From the NCBI RefSeq assembly GCF_009834535.1, contig NC_045696.1, positions 62,932,001 through 62,996,000 of the forward strand: 64,000 nt of DNA, read 5' to 3'. The notes beneath the pieces were generated by a model. The model saw only the letters and a program-made list of their open reading frames with translations. It had not been told where the DNA came from and made no database searches. The stretch is from Camelus ferus (Eukaryota). Below are positions 62,640-64,000 of the stretch, piece by piece. The position numbers were made by a program, and so were the translations under genes. Each line of letters begins with the position of its first letter. Position 1 is the stretch's first letter.

Positions 62640-64000
62640 ATTTCCCCTCACTTTTCATCACAGACGCTTTCCCTTCGCCAGCAGGGCCCGGGCAGGGAGC
62701 CCGGGAGCGCGAGGAACCCTCCCTGCCCCTCACGGGTGAAGTAAGCCTGCTTCTCTTTGTTTCTGAGCCACCAAAGCTCATCTTCTGTTGAAAAGACTTA
62801 GAACTTATTCTTTGGGAATGAGAATTTTGAACAAAGAACCAGGCAAGTGAGGCAGTTGAAAAGAGACTGGTGCGTGTCCTGAGCCGGAGCCCTTCTCTCA
62901 GGCCACCTCGCTGTGTATATGTATGTAATACGTATGTCTCAATAACCCTGCTGAGGTGGACATTGAAAATATCAATTTACAGATGAGGCATGTGAGACCT
63001 AGAAACATTTAAAAATTGCCCATGTTTACTATCTACCAAGTAAGACCCCCATCAGGAAATCCTAGGACCTCATAGTTGAAACTCTCCTTAAAGTCCATCT
63101 GGTCCAGTTCCTCCCCATCCTCTCAGTGTTTAATTTGTGCTTCCACTTCATCTTTTGGCTGATTTTTTTCTATCAGCAACAATTGTGCTTTGCTCAGACT
63201 TCTTGGGCTACAAATCTCCACCTTAGAGAAGCTGGTTTCTAACTATCCCAAGACACCTGCTTCTTCCCCAGCAGAAGCCTCTTCATACTCAGCGCCCATA
63301 GGGGCATTTTCAGGGACCCCTAAGGAAAGAGGTTCTATCTGCTATGCTTCCTGTACAGTAGGTCACTGTAAAATGGGCTGAACTATGCTTCTTGCCACAT
63401 CCTAGCTGAAGTGCCGACCTGCCGGTGTGTCGCTGAGCAGTCACTGTGTGCTGGCTGAGGGCTGTGCAAAGCTGAACACCAGCCTGGGGATGTAGGGGTG
63501 GCTGCCAGGAGGGTCTGTGTCCAAGCACACGGCACCTGGGCCCCATCCTCTCACCTCCAGAGGAGTGACGATGAATCTCAAGTTTCCTATCTGTACCCAC
63601 CACCCCACACCCCAACTCCCAGTCATCATTTTCATCCTGCCAGCACCTTCTGAGGAGTTGATGGAGGAGAAACCTGAAAACCATAATGCTGGCACTTTCA
63701 TCATCTTGAGTCCCTGCTCATTTGCCCCGCAGGGCTGTGACAGCCACACTTCCCGGCAGTCATGATCGTGCTCTGCAGAGGTAAAGCGCTGTCCTGTGTG
63801 AAGGGCACAGCCTGATGAGGGTGGCCCCTGCCGAGGGGGTCTATGTTTTGCAAGGGTACCTGGAGGGCTTAGTAAAGCCCATCGTTTCTAGAGGGCATGT
63901 TGGGGATGCAGGCTGACATCGTGGACACCTCTTGTCTTTTTCTGCCCAGATTCTTTCCCCCTTCCTTTTGGGACTTGGCCTGCCTGACCTCTGTGGTCTA

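Noticed and set aside
1..64000. A novel multi-gene system, CRISPR array or prokaryotic defence locus
   Set aside because: The sequence is repeat-rich mammalian DNA with no long ORFs, operons or regularly spaced repeat-spacer arrays.

Overview
This is mammalian (eutherian) non-coding DNA, very probably camelid: three tRNA-derived Vic-1-type SINEs and several cetartiodactyl-type L1 3' ends are present. The window reads as intergenic or deep-intronic. I found no recognisable protein-coding exon, RNA gene or prokaryote-type system, and the supplied ORFs appear to be chance ORFs, microsatellite translations or decayed L1/L3 ORF2. Much of the window is interspersed repeat: MIR, L2, L3/CR1, old and young L1, MaLR/ERVL/ERV1 LTRs, hAT and Tigger MITEs. 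Repeat subfamily names come from remembered consensus sequences and were not checked by a search. Boundaries without a target-site duplication (TSD) are approximate. The most notable items are a compound ERV1 remnant with a tRNA-Ser(GCU) primer-binding site and non-matching LTRs, an intact solo LTR beside a CpG-rich patch, a strong 25-nt micro-exon signature, a hydrophobic 29-aa smORF/exon candidate, a perfect 12-bp inverted repeat and a few motif clusters. I see no support for a novel multi-gene biological system.
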